Shown: positions 61,585 through 64,000 of the stretch, piece after piece | Layout of the letters: every line of letters starts with the position of its first letter | Position numbering within the stretch: position 1 is the first letter of the stretch | From: an uncultured Actinomycetes bacterium | GTDB lineage: Bacteria > Actinomycetota > Thermoleophilia > RBG-16-64-13 | Assembly: GCA_963706025.1 (NCBI GenBank) | Contig: CAVPLM010000003.1 | Coordinates: 256,001-320,000, forward strand | Reading direction: 5' to 3' | DNA: 64,000 bases | Translations under genes and position numbers: made by a program | The notes under the pieces: model-generated | What the model was told of the DNA's origin: nothing | The model's database searches: none | Seen by the model: the letters and a program-made list of their open reading frames with translations, nothing else

Positions 61585-62421
61585 ATGGCTGAGGCGAAGA
61601 TACGAGAACTGACCGCCGAGGAGAAGGCGAAACCCTACTCCAAGTACTACTACCGGCCGGTGGACGATCCCGACCCGGTGCTGCTCGAGCTGGTGCGGCC
61701 GGACCGACCCATGGATTCGGCCAAGGCCCTCTATCCCGAAGACATCAACCGCCTGCTCGACCCCGGCTACATGGAGGTCGAGACCGGCTGGTGCAGCCTG
61801 CCCAATGGAGCCGGCTACATCTGCGTCAACAACAAGATGCCCGGCGTCACCGTTGACATGCTCGATTGGTGGTTCGCCTGGCACTCGCTGGCCGGCATGC
61901 ACTATGGCATCTGGTATCCGCCGGGCCACTTCGGCATCTCCATCAGCGAGAAGGACCGCAAGAAGGTGCTCGACCCGACCGTTCCCATCAAAGAGAAGAT
62001 CTACGGCCGCACCGATCACGTCGTCGAAGACGTGGGCACGGGAGCCGAGGACATCTTCATCTTCTTCTGTCACCCCTCGGAGTTGGGATTTGACATGGAC
62101 CGGTTCCGTCCACCCGCCGTGGCCGCGGTCTACGGTGGCTATGGCTTGGATATGCCGCAAAACGCGCAGCCCTGGACCATCCGAGCCCCGGCCATCATGT
62201 GCCACTTCATCCGCGAGATCCCCGGCGGTGTCGAGTTCCGGACCCGGTTCTGGATGGGATACACGCTGATTGATGGCAAGCCGCTGTACATGCTGCCTTA
62301 CGGGGTGAAGGTGCCGGTCGAGGCCATCCAGGGGCTCGCGGAGCACAATGTGCGGGAGTATACGAACCTGCGCAATGTGCTTCCCGAGATCTACACGGAA
62401 CTCGGGGGGCGTATCCCCTGA
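61585..62421 (+). CDS. PhlG/phloretin hydrolase-like C-C hydrolase 2
   Basis: ETGWCSLPNG, MLDWWFAWH, IWYPPGH, HVVED, RTRFWMG and HNVREY motifs. Confidence 0.85.
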   Translation: MAEAKIRELTAEEKAKPYSKYYYRPVDDPDPVLLELVRPDRPMDSAKALYPEDINRLLDPGYMEVETGWCSLPNGAGYICVNNKMPGVTVDMLDWWFAWHSLAGMHYGIWYPPGHFGISISEKDRKKVLDPTVPIKEKIYGRTDHVVEDVGTGAEDIFIFFCHPSELGFDMDRFRPPAVAAVYGGYGLDMPQNAQPWTIRAPAIMCHFIREIPGGVEFRTRFWMGYTLIDGKPLYMLPYGVKVPVEAIQGLAEHNVREYTNLRNVLPEIYTELGGRIP

Positions 62422-62438
62422 GCCCGTCGGGGCGGGGC

Positions 62439-63338
62439 CTACTGCAGTTCGGCCTCAAAATGGCCGGCGACGCTCGCCCGGATGTGGATCATGAGCGCCC
62501 GCGCCGCGGTCGAGACAGGGTGTTCGCGGAGATGGATGAGGTCGAGCGACCGGACGGGGCGCTCCAGCAAGGAGATGGCGACGAGCCCCTCCAGGGTCTC
62601 GGGAACAATGAGCATCTTGGGGACAAGGGCGACCCCCAGCCCTTGCCTGGCGAGAGCCTTGGTGAGTTCTACGTAGTTAGCTCGATACGGGACTCGAGGC
62701 TCAAAGCCAGCCCGCCGGCAGACGTCCATCAGCAGATTGGACATGTTCATCGAATGGCCGGGAAGCAGAATGGGTTCGTCGGCCAGACAACTCAGCGAAA
62801 CCGGCAAGCCGCTTGCCAAGCGGTGGTCACTAGGGACCACCAGAAGTATCTCCTCGGTCAGGATGCGAGTGGTCGCGGCTCGGGGGGATCCCCATGCAGT
62901 CACGATGGCGCAGTCAAGCTCCCCGTTCATGACTGCTTCCTCCAGGAGTACGTCCTCTCGCTCGATGAGATCGAGATGGACCCGGGGGTATGTCTTGATG
63001 AAGGAAGCAAGGATCGGGGCCAAGAGATGAGCGAAGACCGTCCCGGTGGACCCCAGGCTGACCTTGCTGGAGAGCGTTCCCACGTGTTCCCGGATCATTC
63101 GGGAGGCGTCGTCGGCGCGCGCGATTATGTTCCTGGCCAGGGGAAGCAAGAGCCTGCCGTCGGCCGTGCACTCGACGCGGCGACCGTACCGCTCGAAGAG
63201 CTGAGCCCCCAACTCCGTCTCCAGCCGGGCGATCTGGCGGCTGATGGCCGGCTGGGAGAGATGTACGAGCGAGGCCGCTCGGGTGAAGCTGCGGGCCTCG
63301 GCCACGGCGACGAACGATCTGAGCTGATCGAGTTCCAT
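62439..63338 (-). CDS. LysR family regulator
   Basis: SFTRAA..LSQPAISRQIARLETELGAQLFER HTH. Confidence 0.95.
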   Translation of the reverse strand: MELDQLRSFVAVAEARSFTRAASLVHLSQPAISRQIARLETELGAQLFERYGRRVECTADGRLLLPLARNIIARADDASRMIREHVGTLSSKVSLGSTGTVFAHLLAPILASFIKTYPRVHLDLIEREDVLLEEAVMNGELDCAIVTAWGSPRAATTRILTEEILLVVPSDHRLASGLPVSLSCLADEPILLPGHSMNMSNLLMDVCRRAGFEPRVPYRANYVELTKALARQGLGVALVPKMLIVPETLEGLVAISLLERPVRSLDLIHLREHPVSTAARALMIHIRASVAGHFEAELQ

Positions 63339-63545
63339 CTATGCACGATTGTAATGGCAACGGCTACCTATGCAAAGGGGACGGGGAGACCCCCCTTCTG
63401 CCGGTGCGGGACTATATTGGGACGGTGACTGTGCCACCTCTGACCCACGGTGCGGCGCAGAACCTTGAATTGGCGGCAGACGGCCTGATGGGAATGGTAC
63501 CCTCCGCCAATAGTGTGGAATCAACGTTAGAAAGAGGTGAGTCCT

Positions 63546-64000
63546 TTGCTCGGTTACATGGGAAAGCTACTGCGGGCAGACCTGACCGCCCGGACGCTCA
63601 AGGACGAACCGCTCGATCCGGAAACGGCCGGGGCCTTCATCGGCGGCTCCGGATACGCCGCCCGGATCATTAACGACGAGGTACCCGGAGACACCGATCC
63701 GTTGAGCCCAGCCAACAAGCTGGTCTTCATGACCGGTCCGGCTACCGCGACCAGCCTGCCCACCACTGCTCGCTACGAGGTCTGCACCAAGTCGCCGCTC
63801 ACCAACATGTGGCTGGACGCCAGCTCCTCCGGCTGGTGGGCACGGGATTTGAAGCTCGCGGGGTATGACGGGCTGATCGTGGAAGGCGCGGCCGATGCCC
63901 CTGTCTACCTATGGATCAAGGACGGCAAGGCAGAGATCCGGGACGCATCGGCCTTCTGGGGAATGGACTCCGACCAGACTCAAGAAGCGATCCGCGCCGA
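63546..64000 (+). CDS. Aldehyde:ferredoxin oxidoreductase (W/Mo AOR family), N-terminal part; runs off the window edge
   Basis: MLGYMGKLLRADLT..FIGGSG..DPLSPANKLVFMTGP..KSPLT..LKLAGYDGLIVEG; AGAGG RBS. Not in the ORF track. Confidence 0.9.
   Translation, partial: MLGYMGKLLRADLTARTLKDEPLDPETAGAFIGGSGYAARIINDEVPGDTDPLSPANKLVFMTGPATATSLPTTARYEVCTKSPLTNMWLDASSSGWWARDLKLAGYDGLIVEGAADAPVYLWIKDGKAEIRDASAFWGMDSDQTQEAIRA

Overview
High-GC bacterial chromosomal window. Gene content (class E-like sortase, MMPL, Asp23, mycofactocin genes, Hdr/Fix/AOR anaerobic redox modules, -10-only promoters) suggests an anaerobic Actinomycetota such as Thermoleophilia; this placement is inference. From left to right: cell-envelope and housekeeping genes with tRNA-Ala (1-17.5 kb); selA-selB; a variant mycofactocin RiPP cluster (Zn-ADH, a 41-aa MftA missing from the ORF track, MftB, MftC, OYE, FixB-C-X-A, MftF, Rieske; no MftD or MftE); tRNA-Sec with a 3.1-kb att-bounded islet and an integrase remnant; sucCD; an ArsR-TusA-MvhD-HdrL-HdrA-HTH-QmoC-DsrE2 operon without HdrB or AprAB; an M6 protease whose HExxH reads EExxH; transporters; and a putative anaerobic flavonoid/phloroglucinol-ketone catabolic operon (EthD-like, two PhlG/Phy hydrolases, a chalcone-isomerase-like protein) next to LysR and AOR. 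About 15 genes are split by single-base indels, most likely sequencing or assembly errors. All family assignments come from motif recognition by eye; no searches were run.
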